A stretch of 29,360 bases of DNA, from the NCBI GenBank assembly GCA_049598495.1, contig JBMYNR010000019.1, positions 1-29,360 on the forward strand, in the 5' to 3' direction. The notes under the pieces are model-generated. The model was not told where the DNA came from. It ran no database searches and worked only from the letters and a program-made list of their open reading frames with translations. The translations under genes were made by a program, and so were the position numbers. Positions 19,272-28,409 of the stretch are shown piece by piece. The stretch's first letter is position 1, and every line of letters begins with the position of its first letter. This DNA is from Opitutales bacterium (GTDB taxonomy: Bacteria; Verrucomicrobiota; Verrucomicrobiia; Opitutales; Coraliomargaritaceae).

Positions 19272-20888
19272 ATGGATTCTGCCGCCGTCAACCAGCTCTT
19301 ATTAGATCAGCCACTGGTCACCTTGTTTGCGGTCATCGCGGCAGGGCTACTCTTTGGTAGTATCACGATTAAGGACGTGAATTTAGGTAGTTCCGGGGTG
19401 CTCTTTTCAGCTCTATTGGCCGGCCATCTCGGCTATAGCATTCCGGGGGGGATCGGCACACTTGGCCTCGTTCTCTTTGTTTATTGCGTGGGCATCGGGG
19501 CCGGGGGCCGTTTCTTCGCTTCAGTTGCCCGCGAGGGCGCCATGCTGGCCAAGCTCGCGCTTATTATTGTCGCCACGGGTGGGATCATCACCTGGCTCGG
19601 CGCCACCCTCCTCCATCTCCCCGCCGATCTAGCCGCCGGTATCTTCGCAGGAGCACTCACCAGTACCCCTGCGCTGGCCGCCGCAACGGAGGGCCTCAAA
19701 GAAGCCTCCACCGGGATCAGCATTGGCTACGGCATCGCCTACCCATTTGGTGTGATCGGGGTGGTGCTCTTCGTGCAGGTGCTGCCACGCCTCCTTAAAC
19801 ACGACCTCGAACAGATCGCCGGCGACCACGCGGCGGGCGAGGCGACCGAGGAAGACGTCGAAAATGTTCTCGTCGAAGTCACCAACCAGAATTTAATCGG
19901 GCAGCGTATTGCCGAGTCAGGTCTCTCCAAGCTCAACGCCTGCCAAGTTTCCCGTGTTTTCAAGGACGGCCATCTGGTGCCACTCAGCTACGAGGATACC
20001 TTCAGCGAAGGCCTCCTGCTTCTTCTCGTAGGGCGCACCAAGGAGATCGCCATCGCAATCGAATACATCGGCCACCGCAGCCACCGGAATATCCTCAAGG
20101 ATGTCGAAAACGAGCGCCAGCAACTCCTCGTGACCGAGCGAAAGATGGCTGGTAGAACTTTGCATTCGATCGCCCCACTCAAGAACTACGGCATCGTCAT
20201 CACACGAATTACCCGACTCGGACTCACTTTTGTGCCCAACGCCTCGACTGTCGTCGAGGTCAACGACCAGCTCACTTCAGTCGGCCGCGCGGACGACCTT
20301 AAGAAATTCGCCAGAGCAGTCGGCCATCGCAGCCATGCGATCGATGCCACCGACCTGCTCTCGCTCTCGGCTGGGCTCACTCTCGGGATTATTGTCGGGC
20401 TCATTCCGATCGGGCTCCCCGGCAGCACGCCAATCACCCTTGGCCTCGCAGGCGGCCCGCTCTTGGTCGCTCTGCTACTTGGACACTTCGGTCGAGTCGG
20501 TCGTATCGTCGGGCATATTCCCCGTCCGACCCGTTTACTTCTTCAAGAACTCGGACTGGTCTTCTTCCTCGCTGAGGCTGGCATCCGCGGCGGCGACTCT
20601 CTCGCGGTAACTCTACAGGAATACGGCCCCATGCTCTTTGCACTCGGTCTACTCATTAGCCTCGTCCCTCTCATCGTGGCCTGGCCGCTCGCCCGCAAGC
20701 TCTTCAAGCTCGATCCGCTGCAATCTCTGGGCGGTATTTGCGGCGGCATGACCTCGACCCCCGCCCTCGGCGCAATCACCGCAAAGAGCGACTCACAGGT
20801 GCCCGTAATTAGCTATGTATCGGCCTACCCGGTCGCACTCATCGTGATGATTCTTATCGCCAAGGTCCTGGTCGGGCTACTGGCCTAG
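19272..20888 (+). CDS. AspT/YidE/YbjL-family antiporter with TrkA-C domains
   Basis: LGSSGVLF, GLVLFVYCVG, AGALTSTPAL, YGIAYPFG; duplicated half with GGPLLVAL, GGMTSTPAL, AYPVA; soluble central region. Confidence 0.9.
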   Translation: MDSAAVNQLLLDQPLVTLFAVIAAGLLFGSITIKDVNLGSSGVLFSALLAGHLGYSIPGGIGTLGLVLFVYCVGIGAGGRFFASVAREGAMLAKLALIIVATGGIITWLGATLLHLPADLAAGIFAGALTSTPALAAATEGLKEASTGISIGYGIAYPFGVIGVVLFVQVLPRLLKHDLEQIAGDHAAGEATEEDVENVLVEVTNQNLIGQRIAESGLSKLNACQVSRVFKDGHLVPLSYEDTFSEGLLLLLVGRTKEIAIAIEYIGHRSHRNILKDVENERQQLLVTERKMAGRTLHSIAPLKNYGIVITRITRLGLTFVPNASTVVEVNDQLTSVGRADDLKKFARAVGHRSHAIDATDLLSLSAGLTLGIIVGLIPIGLPGSTPITLGLAGGPLLVALLLGHFGRVGRIVGHIPRPTRLLLQELGLVFFLAEAGIRGGDSLAVTLQEYGPMLFALGLLISLVPLIVAWPLARKLFKLDPLQSLGGICGGMTSTPALGAITAKSDSQVPVISYVSAYPVALIVMILIAKVLVGLLA

Positions 20889-20997
20889 ACGGCTTTCAAC
20901 GACAGACGACACTTCAGGTCGAAGACAAAATAGCGCCGCGCTTGCCAGAATCCAAAGACATAGCCGACAGACCCGACTGACGAGGGACTGGGTGGTT

Positions 20998-21383
20998 TTG
21001 GCTTCTATGGAGCGCGCATCTTTCAACCGAGCAACGAAGCTCAATCTTCGCTAAAAATTATGGGAGCAAGACTCGGAACCATGATTTTGGCGACCCTTTA
21101 GCCCACTTATTGCATGAGATCCAGAATTGGCTTTGGCAAGGCGCGAGCCGTGTTCCACGCAGGAGCGCACTGAAGTGCGTGACTAAGTGGGTTACGCGCT
21201 CGGAACACAGCCAGGGACGCTTCTGGACTCAAAGTTTGTTGCTGTCACTTTTGTGACACGACGAGTTTTTGAAGAAAACTCGCAAGTAGCCATCCCGTAA
21301 CAAGATAAAGAACGACAGCAACAAACTGGTGCAATATTCGGGCTAGCGTGTTTGAGCGGTCCAAAAAAGCATAAGAGTGGTTC
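20998..21383 (+). repeat. Repeat family B copy 2, interrupted by the 247-bp MITE
   Basis: 20998-21100 aligns with 3043-3145 and 21344-21383 aligns with 3144-3183. Confidence 0.85.
21099..21345 (-). mobile_element. 247-bp MITE, copy 2 (inverted relative to copy 1)
   Basis: TAGCCCACTTATTGCA ... TGCAATATTCGGGCTA; TA is duplicated relative to the empty allele at 3144-3145. Confidence 0.92.
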
Positions 21384-21394
21384 GGCTGTTCGGC

Positions 21395-21511
21395 GGACGC
21401 CGAGGACGGCGTCCCTCCAACCCTTAGGATGCGCGGGGTCTTGTTGGCGTTCGGACTTTAGACCGTCTGAATCCAGCTTTAACAAGCTTTCGATCGAAGC
21501 ACACAGCACAA
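21395..21511 (-). repeat. Repeat family A copy 3 (partial, more diverged)
   Basis: CTCCAACCCTTAGGATGCGCGGGGTCTTGTTGGCGTTCGGACTTTAGACCGTCTGA aligns with 2827-2882; the left REP module is replaced by GGACGCCGAGGACGGCGTCC. Confidence 0.8.
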
Positions 21512-21527
21512 TTGAGCCACAGTCACA

Positions 21528-22040
21528 TTAATCCAGCAACCGAATATCGACCATTACATCTTGGGCAATCTGTTCGAGTTCTTCACGAACATTCTCACGA
21601 TCGACATCGGCACCGCAGGCAAGTCTTGCTCGCGCCTCAAAGAGAATGCCGCCAGAATCCGGAGCACTGTAGGCCCGTGTGCTCAATTCCTCGACATTGA
21701 CACCTGCTGCCGCAAGCGCCTTGAAAATATCCCGCACGATGCCCGGGTGGTCACTGCCCACTACCTCGAGATCGAATTGTCTGAGCGGTTCCTCCACGGT
21801 CGATGCCAATCCTGCCGCAATCATGACATCGAGATCACTGATTGTTCTCAGCGCAACCTCAAGATCCTGCTGTTGGTCATTCGCCACCGACACCTCCAGT
21901 AAGCCCACAAAGCGCCCCGCCAGATGCGCCATGCGGCAATGCTCCCAATTTCCCCCGTGCGCGGCGATCACATCGGCTAGTTTCTCCACCAGCCCAGCAC
22001 GATCTTCTCCGCTGATCGTCAGAACCAATATCCCATCCAT
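21528..22040 (-). CDS. GcvR-like tandem ACT-domain protein
   Basis: [14 protein letters not shown] and [15 protein letters not shown] motifs; about 170 aa. Confidence 0.85.
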   Translation of the reverse strand: MDGILVLTISGEDRAGLVEKLADVIAAHGGNWEHCRMAHLAGRFVGLLEVSVANDQQQDLEVALRTISDLDVMIAAGLASTVEEPLRQFDLEVVGSDHPGIVRDIFKALAAAGVNVEELSTRAYSAPDSGGILFEARARLACGADVDRENVREELEQIAQDVMVDIRLLD

Positions 22041-22230
22041 GGATGAGACGCTACCCCTATGCGCATCAAAGCGCAAGGATACATCCCATAAAGACCCACT
22101 TATTTTGGGTCATAATAAAATTTATATGATACAGAGAGGTAACGGAAACAGTTCTTCCCATAAGGACGGAAATTTGCTACACACAATGCGCTCCGTTAAA
22201 AAATAGAGCATCTTATAACCAAAAAATACA

Positions 22231-22365
22231 ATGAATATCAAAACACTCACAAAACTCGCGCTTACCGGCCTGCTTTTCGCTGGAGGACTCTTCACAATCG
22301 GCTGCGAGAAAAGCGCTCAAGATGAGGCTGTAGAAGCTGTGGAAGACGCAGCTGAAACCATGTAA
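22231..22365 (+). CDS. 44-aa small lipoprotein; absent from the ORF track
   Basis: MNIKTLTKLALTGLLFAGGLFTIGCEKSAQDEAVEAVEDAAETM: basic N-region, hydrophobic core, lipobox TIGC; has its own terminator. Confidence 0.8.
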   Translation: MNIKTLTKLALTGLLFAGGLFTIGCEKSAQDEAVEAVEDAAETM

Positions 22366-22406
22366 AAAGCCCTCAACGATACAAAGCGTATCCCTACACG
22401 GGCAAC

Positions 22407-22444
22407 AACGCGTTCCATCAAGCGGAGCGCGTTTTTTTTGTTTT
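22407..22444 (+). terminator. Rho-independent terminator after the small lipoprotein gene
   Basis: AACGCGTTCC-ATCAAGC-GGAGCGCGTT followed by a T run. Confidence 0.85.
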
Positions 22445-22450
22445 AAGAAA

Positions 22451-22605
22451 TCTTGGAAGGGGTGTCATTATAGTCACGGGATAAATCCAGGTTGTAGAAC
22501 GCTGACGATAGTCAGTGTTAAGCTACTTGCCAGACGCTCACAACGGCTCTCGCCGTCGTGCTACGAGAAGGCCTACCCCGTATAAAAATGGCACCCTTTT
22601 CGAGA
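22451..22605 (+). other. 155-nt structured element (MITE-like or ncRNA candidate)
   Basis: Imperfect terminal arms of about 30 nt (22451-22480, 22577-22605) and internal hairpin AACGCTGAC-GATA-GTCAGTGTT. Confidence 0.5.
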
Positions 22606-22751
22606 ATGATTGTGCTAAAGCATTGACTCAAGGGCTCTATGTCGCCGTCATCCCGCGCTTGTCCTGAGTTCTACTAAGCATGTCGAAGTAGCACGCCCAA
22701 GGGCTTCTTCAAGGAACTCCCCTCTAGGTTTTAACTTCCACCTTCTTTCCA

Positions 22752-24584
22752 GTGAACGCCAAACACATTCGTAACATCGCTATCATTGCCCACGTTGATC
22801 ATGGTAAGACCACCCTCGTCGACTGCCTGCTCCAACAGAGCGGCACCTTCCGTGAGAATCAGGCCGTCGAGGAGCGCGCGATGGACTCGATGGATCTCGA
22901 GCGTGAAAAGGGGATTACCATCAAGGCGAAGAACACGGCTATCAAGTGGGAGAACCCGAAGGACGGCATCACTTACACCATCAACATCGTCGACACCCCG
23001 GGGCACGCCGACTTCGGCGCCGAAGTCGAGCGCGTTATGAAGATGGTCGACGGCGTCCTCCTTCTCACCGATGCCGTCGGCGGTCCACAAGCCCAGACCC
23101 GCTGGGTCCTCCGCAAGGCCCTCGATGCCGGTCTCAAGACCATCTGTGTCATTAACAAGATCGACCGCGAGACCTCCCGCCCCGACTGGGTACACGACAA
23201 AGTACTCGAACTCTTCCTCGACCTCGATGCCGATGAAGACCAGTTCAACGCTCCCTTTCTCTACGCCTCTGCCAAAAACGGCTTTGCCGACCGCGAGGTC
23301 AATGGACCGCGCGAGAACATGGATGACCTCTTTGAAACTGTCATCGAACGTATCCCTCCACCCGTCATCGAAGAAGGCGACTTCCGGATGCTCGTTTCCA
23401 ACATCGACTGGGACGACTACGTCGGTCGCATGGCCATCGGACGCATCCTCTCCGGGGAAGTCAAGCAGGGTCAAACCATCCACGCTCTCCGCAAGGACGG
23501 CTCCAAGGACCGTGTCAAAGTCACTAAGATGAAGACCTTTTCCGGCCTGGCCACCGATGACGTGGCTGAAGCCGTCGCCGGAGACATCGTCGGTTTAGCC
23601 GGCTTTGACGACGTCGACATCGGCGACACCCTCGCGGCCACCCCTGAGGCCGAGGCCCTCCCCTTCGTCGAGATCGACCCCGCCACCGTGCAGATGGAGT
23701 TTTCCGTCAACGATGGCCCCCTCGCCGGACAAGACGGCAAGAAGGTCACCTCGCGCCAGATCCGCGAGCGCCTCATCCGCGAGACCCAGTCCAATATTTC
23801 CATTTCCATCGAAGACACCGACAAGGGCACCACCTTCCTCGTGAACGCCCGCGGCGCCATGCAGATCGCCGTTCTCGTCGAGACCATGCGCCGCGAAGGC
23901 TTCGAAGTGCTGGTCTCCCGCCCCACCGTGCTCTACAAAGAGATCGACGGTAAAAAGCACGAGCCCTTCGAGCAGGTCTGGGTCGAAATCCCCGAGGACC
24001 AACTCGGCGGCGTGATGGAGAACCTCGCCAAGCGTAAGGCCAAGGTCACCAACATGGAGCACCACAACGCCGGCGTCACCGTCGAGGCCGAGGCCCCCAC
24101 CCGCGGACTCATCGGCTTCGAGAGCGACCTCGTCACCATGACCTCCGGCCACGGTGTCATGAGCCACTCTTTCCTGGAATATCGCCCCTTCAGTGGCGAG
24201 ATCACCACCCGCGGAACCGGCACCCTCGTCAGCATGGAGCTCGGCAAGGCCATGCCCTACGCCCTCGATAACATCCAGACTCGCGGCAAACTCTTCATTG
24301 CCCCCGGCGAAGAAGTTTACGGAGGTATGATCGTGGGCGAAAACCCCCGCAAAGAAGATATGCCCGTCAACCCCGCCAAGGCCAAGCAGCTCGATAATAT
24401 GCGTGCCTCCGGCTCCGACAAAGGCATACAGCTCGCACCACCACTCAAATTTTCACTCGAGAGGGCAATAGAATACATCGCACCCGATGAGCTCGTGGAA
24501 GCGACCCCTCAATTTCTCCGCATGAGAAAAAGAGAGCTGGACGAAAATAAGCGCCGTAAAGCGGCAAAAGCCGCGAAGGGTTAA
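22752..24584 (+). CDS. typA: Translational GTPase TypA/BipA
   Basis: IRNIAIIAHVDHGKTTLVD, EREKGITI, DTPGHADFG, NKID, VTSRQIRERL, PTRGLIG, DELVEATP. GTG start. Confidence 0.97.
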   Translation: MNAKHIRNIAIIAHVDHGKTTLVDCLLQQSGTFRENQAVEERAMDSMDLEREKGITIKAKNTAIKWENPKDGITYTINIVDTPGHADFGAEVERVMKMVDGVLLLTDAVGGPQAQTRWVLRKALDAGLKTICVINKIDRETSRPDWVHDKVLELFLDLDADEDQFNAPFLYASAKNGFADREVNGPRENMDDLFETVIERIPPPVIEEGDFRMLVSNIDWDDYVGRMAIGRILSGEVKQGQTIHALRKDGSKDRVKVTKMKTFSGLATDDVAEAVAGDIVGLAGFDDVDIGDTLAATPEAEALPFVEIDPATVQMEFSVNDGPLAGQDGKKVTSRQIRERLIRETQSNISISIEDTDKGTTFLVNARGAMQIAVLVETMRREGFEVLVSRPTVLYKEIDGKKHEPFEQVWVEIPEDQLGGVMENLAKRKAKVTNMEHHNAGVTVEAEAPTRGLIGFESDLVTMTSGHGVMSHSFLEYRPFSGEITTRGTGTLVSMELGKAMPYALDNIQTRGKLFIAPGEEVYGGMIVGENPRKEDMPVNPAKAKQLDNMRASGSDKGIQLAPPLKFSLERAIEYIAPDELVEATPQFLRMRKRELDENKRRKAAKAAKG

Positions 24585-24838
24585 AGCTGTAAAGGCAGGG
24601 CGCCGCCGCGTAGCCTCTACGAGCAAAGGTGGTTCTCCCACCGGCTTGAGTCTGTCGATCGATTCAAGGCCCTGAGCTCGCCGAGCGGGCAGGTATGAGG
24701 CCTTGTTCGAGAGGTCGCAGCGATACGGGTCTCGACCCGCACACGCTGCACCCGCCTTGCTGAAAGCCAAAATCCAAACCAGCCAGTTATTCTACCTAAA
24801 TGCAACATGCTTGTAGGTTACTCCCCGATGAGTGACCC

Positions 24839-24900
24839 GCTTTTTGAGCCCTTGCGAGAATGGACCCAAGTTGTTCGTCGGAGGAAGGGCTCGAAAAAGC
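24839..24900. terminator. Inverted repeat between convergent typA and plsY
   Basis: GCTTTTTGAGCCCTT ... AAGGGCTCGAAAAAGC with a long loop; terminator role uncertain. Confidence 0.35.
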
Positions 24901-24938
24901 CTCCGTATGCCCCGAAGCTGGGAGGTTGCCAGGATGCT

Positions 24939-25529
24939 CTAAAACTTATTCTCCTTGCCGGAGAAAAGACGGACGATGTTGGAGCGGTGCCGTAGCACGA
25001 TCAGTATGGCGAGAATGAGCCCTAGATAGAACCGAGGGTCGCTTGTGCCATGAATAAAGTAGCTAGAAATTGGTAGACTCACGGCGAAGAGAATGGAGGC
25101 CAGCGCCACGACCTTGGTCGTATAGAAAATGACCAGCCAGACCAGGAGCCCGACCAGGAGGACCAACCACATGAGCGCGAGGAGGCCGCCGATCGTAGTG
25201 GCCACCCCCTTGCCCCCGCGGAATTTCAGGAAGATGGAGAAACTGTGCCCGAGAATCGCAGCAATCAGGCCGATCACGGCGAGCCGATGATCTCCGGTAT
25301 AGGCAATAAGCGGCCAGCCTGCGGCCGCGAGACCCTTGAGCGCATCCAGCGCGAAGGTTAGATTGCCCCACTTCCTTCCAAGCACACGCTTCACATTGGT
25401 CGCGCCGGGATTACCGCTGCCCTCCTTGAAAATATCAACTCCCTGGCTGCGTGCGATGATCACCGCAAAGCTGATCGAACCGATCAGATAGCCGATAAGG
25501 ACGACGAGTATGATGGAAAGCGCTGTCAT
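24939..25529 (-). CDS. plsY: Glycerol-3-phosphate acyltransferase PlsY
   Basis: YLIGSI, GSGNPGATN, DALKG, GHSFSIFLKFRGGKGVAT, RHRSNIVRL. Confidence 0.96.
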   Translation of the reverse strand: MTALSIILVVLIGYLIGSISFAVIIARSQGVDIFKEGSGNPGATNVKRVLGRKWGNLTFALDALKGLAAAGWPLIAYTGDHRLAVIGLIAAILGHSFSIFLKFRGGKGVATTIGGLLALMWLVLLVGLLVWLVIFYTTKVVALASILFAVSLPISSYFIHGTSDPRFYLGLILAILIVLRHRSNIVRLFSGKENKF

Positions 25530-25533
25530 GGTT

Positions 25534-25605
25534 CACCACAAAGAACACAAAGAGCACGAAGACACAAAAGTATATTACTCTGTGTTCTTCGTGTCCTTAG
25601 TGGTT
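25534..25605. repeat. Hairpin with 9-nt periodic arms filling the serA-plsY spacer
   Basis: CACCACAAAGAACACAAAGAGCACGAAG ... CTCTGTGTTCTTCGTGTCCTTAGTGGTT. Confidence 0.85.
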
Positions 25606-25610
25606 AAGAA

Positions 25611-27197
25611 CTACAACTTAATCACGCGGTATTTCTCAATCGCGTCGTTCTCGCTAATTTTCCTAGCGCAGCCCTCGGAGGGTGCGGTATCGAGCTCAAA
25701 GACGGAAACCGCAAAGCCCTCGCCCTTGTCACGACTGAGCGACATATTGGCGATATTGACCTGATCCTCGCCCAGTGTGACCCCAATGAAACCGACTATA
25801 CCGGGCACGTCCTTATTCTTTAGAACAAGGAGCGTCGCGTCGGTGCTGACCTCGACCCCGTGCCCATCAATCAGAACAATGCGTGGAATCTGGTTCTTGC
25901 CGACGAGCGTACCGCCGATTGTGCGGGTCTTGCCGGCCTTGCAGGTAGCTTGAACTTCGATCAACTCATTAAAATCGTCGTGAATACTGGTCTTGATCTG
26001 TTCGGTCTCGATACCGAGGCGCTCGATCTTTTTTGGCGCGTTCACGTTGTTCACGTTGTCGGAAATCTCACGCAGATAGCCGCGCTGAATCGCATTGGTC
26101 AAGGGGAGCGTATCGAGCTCGGCGATTTTGCCGTAGTATCGAATAGTAATTTTCTCGACTCCCTCCGGGGCGAGCTGTTGGGAGAACGTACCGATCTTCT
26201 CCCCCAATGTGATGTAGGGGCCGAGCTTCTCGAGCACCTTGGGATCGACCGATGGCATATTGAGTGCGTTCATGACCATACCGCCGGTAAGAGCTTCGAT
26301 CATTTGCTTCGCCACATCGATTCCAACATTTTCCTGAGCTTCCTGAGTCGAGGCACCAAGGTGCGGGGTCAGCACAAGATTTTCAATGCTGCGCAACGGA
26401 CTGTCCTCAGCCGGGGGCTCATCCTCGTAAACATCGAGTCCTGCCGCAGCCACTTTTCCCGACTGGAGTGCGTCGATGAGAGCGGACTCATCAATGATCC
26501 CGCCTCGTGCACAGTTAAAGACGCGCACACCATCCTTCATCCGAGCAAAAGCATCCGCATTCAGCATATGCTTCGTCTCCTTCGTCATGGGCATGTGGAC
26601 GGTGATGTAGTCCGCATTTTCAATGACTTCATCGAGAGTGGCCTGCTTCACACCGAGTGTCTTGGCGCGGGACTCGGTTAGGTAGGGATCATAGGCGAGC
26701 ACATCCATCTGGAAGGCCATTGCACGCTTAGCCACTTCGGCGCCGATACGCCCCATACCGAGCACACCGAGTGTCTTCTGATTCAGCTCAGAGCCAGTGT
26801 ATTTCTTCCGGTCCCAGCGGCCCTCACGCATCCCGGCACATGCCTGGACGACCGGACGAGTGCCCGCGAGCATATGGGTGAAAGTAAGTTCGGCTGTGGC
26901 AATGGTATTACCGGTCGGCGTGTTCATAACGATGACCCCATGATCCGTGGCTGCCTCGATATCGATATTATCGACACCCACGCCGGCGCGGCCAACGACC
27001 TTGAGGCTCTTCGCTGCTTCGATCACCTCGGCAGTGATCTTTGTATCGGAGCGGACTGCAATCGCGTCAGCGTCCTTGGCCAACTCAAGAATCTCTTCCG
27101 GGGAGGATCCGTAGGCTTCCACCACGTCAAAGCCTTCCTGAGCTTTGAACAAATCAACACCTATGGGCGAAATGCGGTCTGCGACTAGTATTTTCAT
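25611..27197 (-). CDS. serA: D-3-phosphoglycerate dehydrogenase (long form with ACT domain)
   Basis: Start MKILVAD; RAGVGVDNID, GMGRIG, NCARGG, LDVYEDEP, TPHLGAST; C-terminal DVPGIVG...VNIANM. Confidence 0.96.
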   Translation of the reverse strand: MKILVADRISPIGVDLFKAQEGFDVVEAYGSSPEEILELAKDADAIAVRSDTKITAEVIEAAKSLKVVGRAGVGVDNIDIEAATDHGVIVMNTPTGNTIATAELTFTHMLAGTRPVVQACAGMREGRWDRKKYTGSELNQKTLGVLGMGRIGAEVAKRAMAFQMDVLAYDPYLTESRAKTLGVKQATLDEVIENADYITVHMPMTKETKHMLNADAFARMKDGVRVFNCARGGIIDESALIDALQSGKVAAAGLDVYEDEPPAEDSPLRSIENLVLTPHLGASTQEAQENVGIDVAKQMIEALTGGMVMNALNMPSVDPKVLEKLGPYITLGEKIGTFSQQLAPEGVEKITIRYYGKIAELDTLPLTNAIQRGYLREISDNVNNVNAPKKIERLGIETEQIKTSIHDDFNELIEVQATCKAGKTRTIGGTLVGKNQIPRIVLIDGHGVEVSTDATLLVLKNKDVPGIVGFIGVTLGEDQVNIANMSLSRDKGEGFAVSVFELDTAPSEGCARKISENDAIEKYRVIKL

Positions 27198-27273
27198 ATG
27201 AAGCGGGCGAGTAAATTTGCCCCCGCCTGAATTGCAAACATATCCTGTGGAATCCGGGAAATCCCGGGAAATC

Positions 27274-27307
27274 AAAAAAACGGGGCTCGCTTAAGCAAGC
27301 CCCGTTT
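27274..27307 (-). terminator. Terminator after the RRM gene
   Basis: Minus strand AAACGGGGCTTGC-TTAA-GCGAGCCCCG followed by T7. Confidence 0.85.
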
Positions 27308-27334
27308 GGAAAGAGATCAGGATATCGGCTAGGT

Positions 27335-27691
27335 TTAGTAGCGATCGCCACGATCGCCACGATCATAGCCGCCACGGCCACGCCCGCGATCGCGGTTGAA
27401 ACCGCCACCCCCCTTGTAGCCACCGCCTCCACGAGGGCGTTCTTCACGAGGTTGCGCTTCATTAATCGTCAGCGCACGGCCGAGGAACTCCTCGCCATTA
27501 AGCGCTTCGATCGCCGCCGTCATTTGCTCGGGCGCTCCCATAGTGACGAAAGCAAAGCCGCGGGGGCGGCCGGACTCACGGTCTTTCACAATGAAAACGT
27601 CGGTTACTTCCCCGTGAGCCTCGAAGAGCTCGCGGATATCATTGTCTGTCGCGTCGTAGGACAGGTTGCCTACATACATCTTTGTATTCAT
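27335..27691 (-). CDS. RRM RNA-binding protein with Gly/Arg-rich tail
   Basis: RNP2 MYVGNL, RNP1 [16 protein letters not shown]-rich tail. Confidence 0.95.
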   Translation of the reverse strand: MNTKMYVGNLSYDATDNDIRELFEAHGEVTDVFIVKDRESGRPRGFAFVTMGAPEQMTAAIEALNGEEFLGRALTINEAQPREERPRGGGGYKGGGGFNRDRGRGRGGYDRGDRGDRY

Positions 27692-27833
27692 TTATTTCCT
27701 TTATCTTTGGGCTATCCCACTTGCTTCTTTGCTTTGAGTTCCGCAGAGAGCGGATTCACCCGAATGAATACAATCCTTTGATCCAACTGATGCCACCCAT
27801 GCTCTGAATGTTAACATGTGTAATAGAAACCAC

Positions 27834-27842
27834 AGTATATCA
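27834..27842 (-). promoter_or_regulatory. Candidate extended -10 promoter of the RRM gene
   Basis: TGATATACT on the minus strand; TTGCAA upstream at an atypical 19-nt spacing. Confidence 0.45.
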
Positions 27843-27960
27843 CCCCCACCTATCCAAATTGCAAGCGACATTATTCGTCCACAAGTGGATGCTCACCGAG
27901 CAACGCCATCGACAGGGTTTGGCGAGGCGTTGCCTCGGCAAGAAGTCGCACTCTACCAGC

Positions 27961-28404
27961 TCAGTCATGATGGTATTTCGAACCTGTCTGGATCGACACC
28001 GCACGATATAATTGCTCACAGAGAAGCATACGTGCGATTTCGTGGGTAAAGGTAAGCGGTGAAAGCGCAAAGCATTCGTCGGCGCGCGCCTTGACCAATT
28101 CGCTCAAGCCATAGGCACCACCGATAATAAAGACAGCCGGTTGACCTTGTAGCGCACCGAGTTCATTCGCCAATTGACGAGAGTGACGCGTCGTCCCCTC
28201 TTCAGCCATCGCGTAGACGCGGGCGTCACTCCTTTTCGCGAGAGCCTCCAGAATGCGCTGGCCCTCGCTTTCGACATCGCCGTCCTTCAACTCGAGCAGC
28301 TCAAAGTTGCCCTGCCGCTTGAGCCGTTTTGAGAAATCATCGCAAAGCGTGGCCAGCGCACGGTTCTTTATTTTGCCGATGGCAATTATGGTGTATCGAT
28401 ACAT
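27961..28404 (-). CDS. rlmH: 23S rRNA (pseudouridine-1915-N3)-methyltransferase
   Basis: IIAIGK, FIIGGAYG, LSPLTFTHEIARMLLCEQLYRA, KYHH. Confidence 0.95.
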   Translation of the reverse strand: MYRYTIIAIGKIKNRALATLCDDFSKRLKRQGNFELLELKDGDVESEGQRILEALAKRSDARVYAMAEEGTTRHSRQLANELGALQGQPAVFIIGGAYGLSELVKARADECFALSPLTFTHEIARMLLCEQLYRAVSIQTGSKYHHD

Positions 28405-28409
28405 TGCGC

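Noticed and set aside
27335..27430. Short tandem repeats (CGATCGCCA)
   Set aside because: They encode the Gly/Arg/Asp-rich tail of the RRM protein.
27870..27990. SCCmec-like integration at the rlmH 3' end
   Set aside because: No duplicate of the rlmH 3' end in the window; the recombinase relic is at the 5' side and is a tyrosine, not serine, recombinase.
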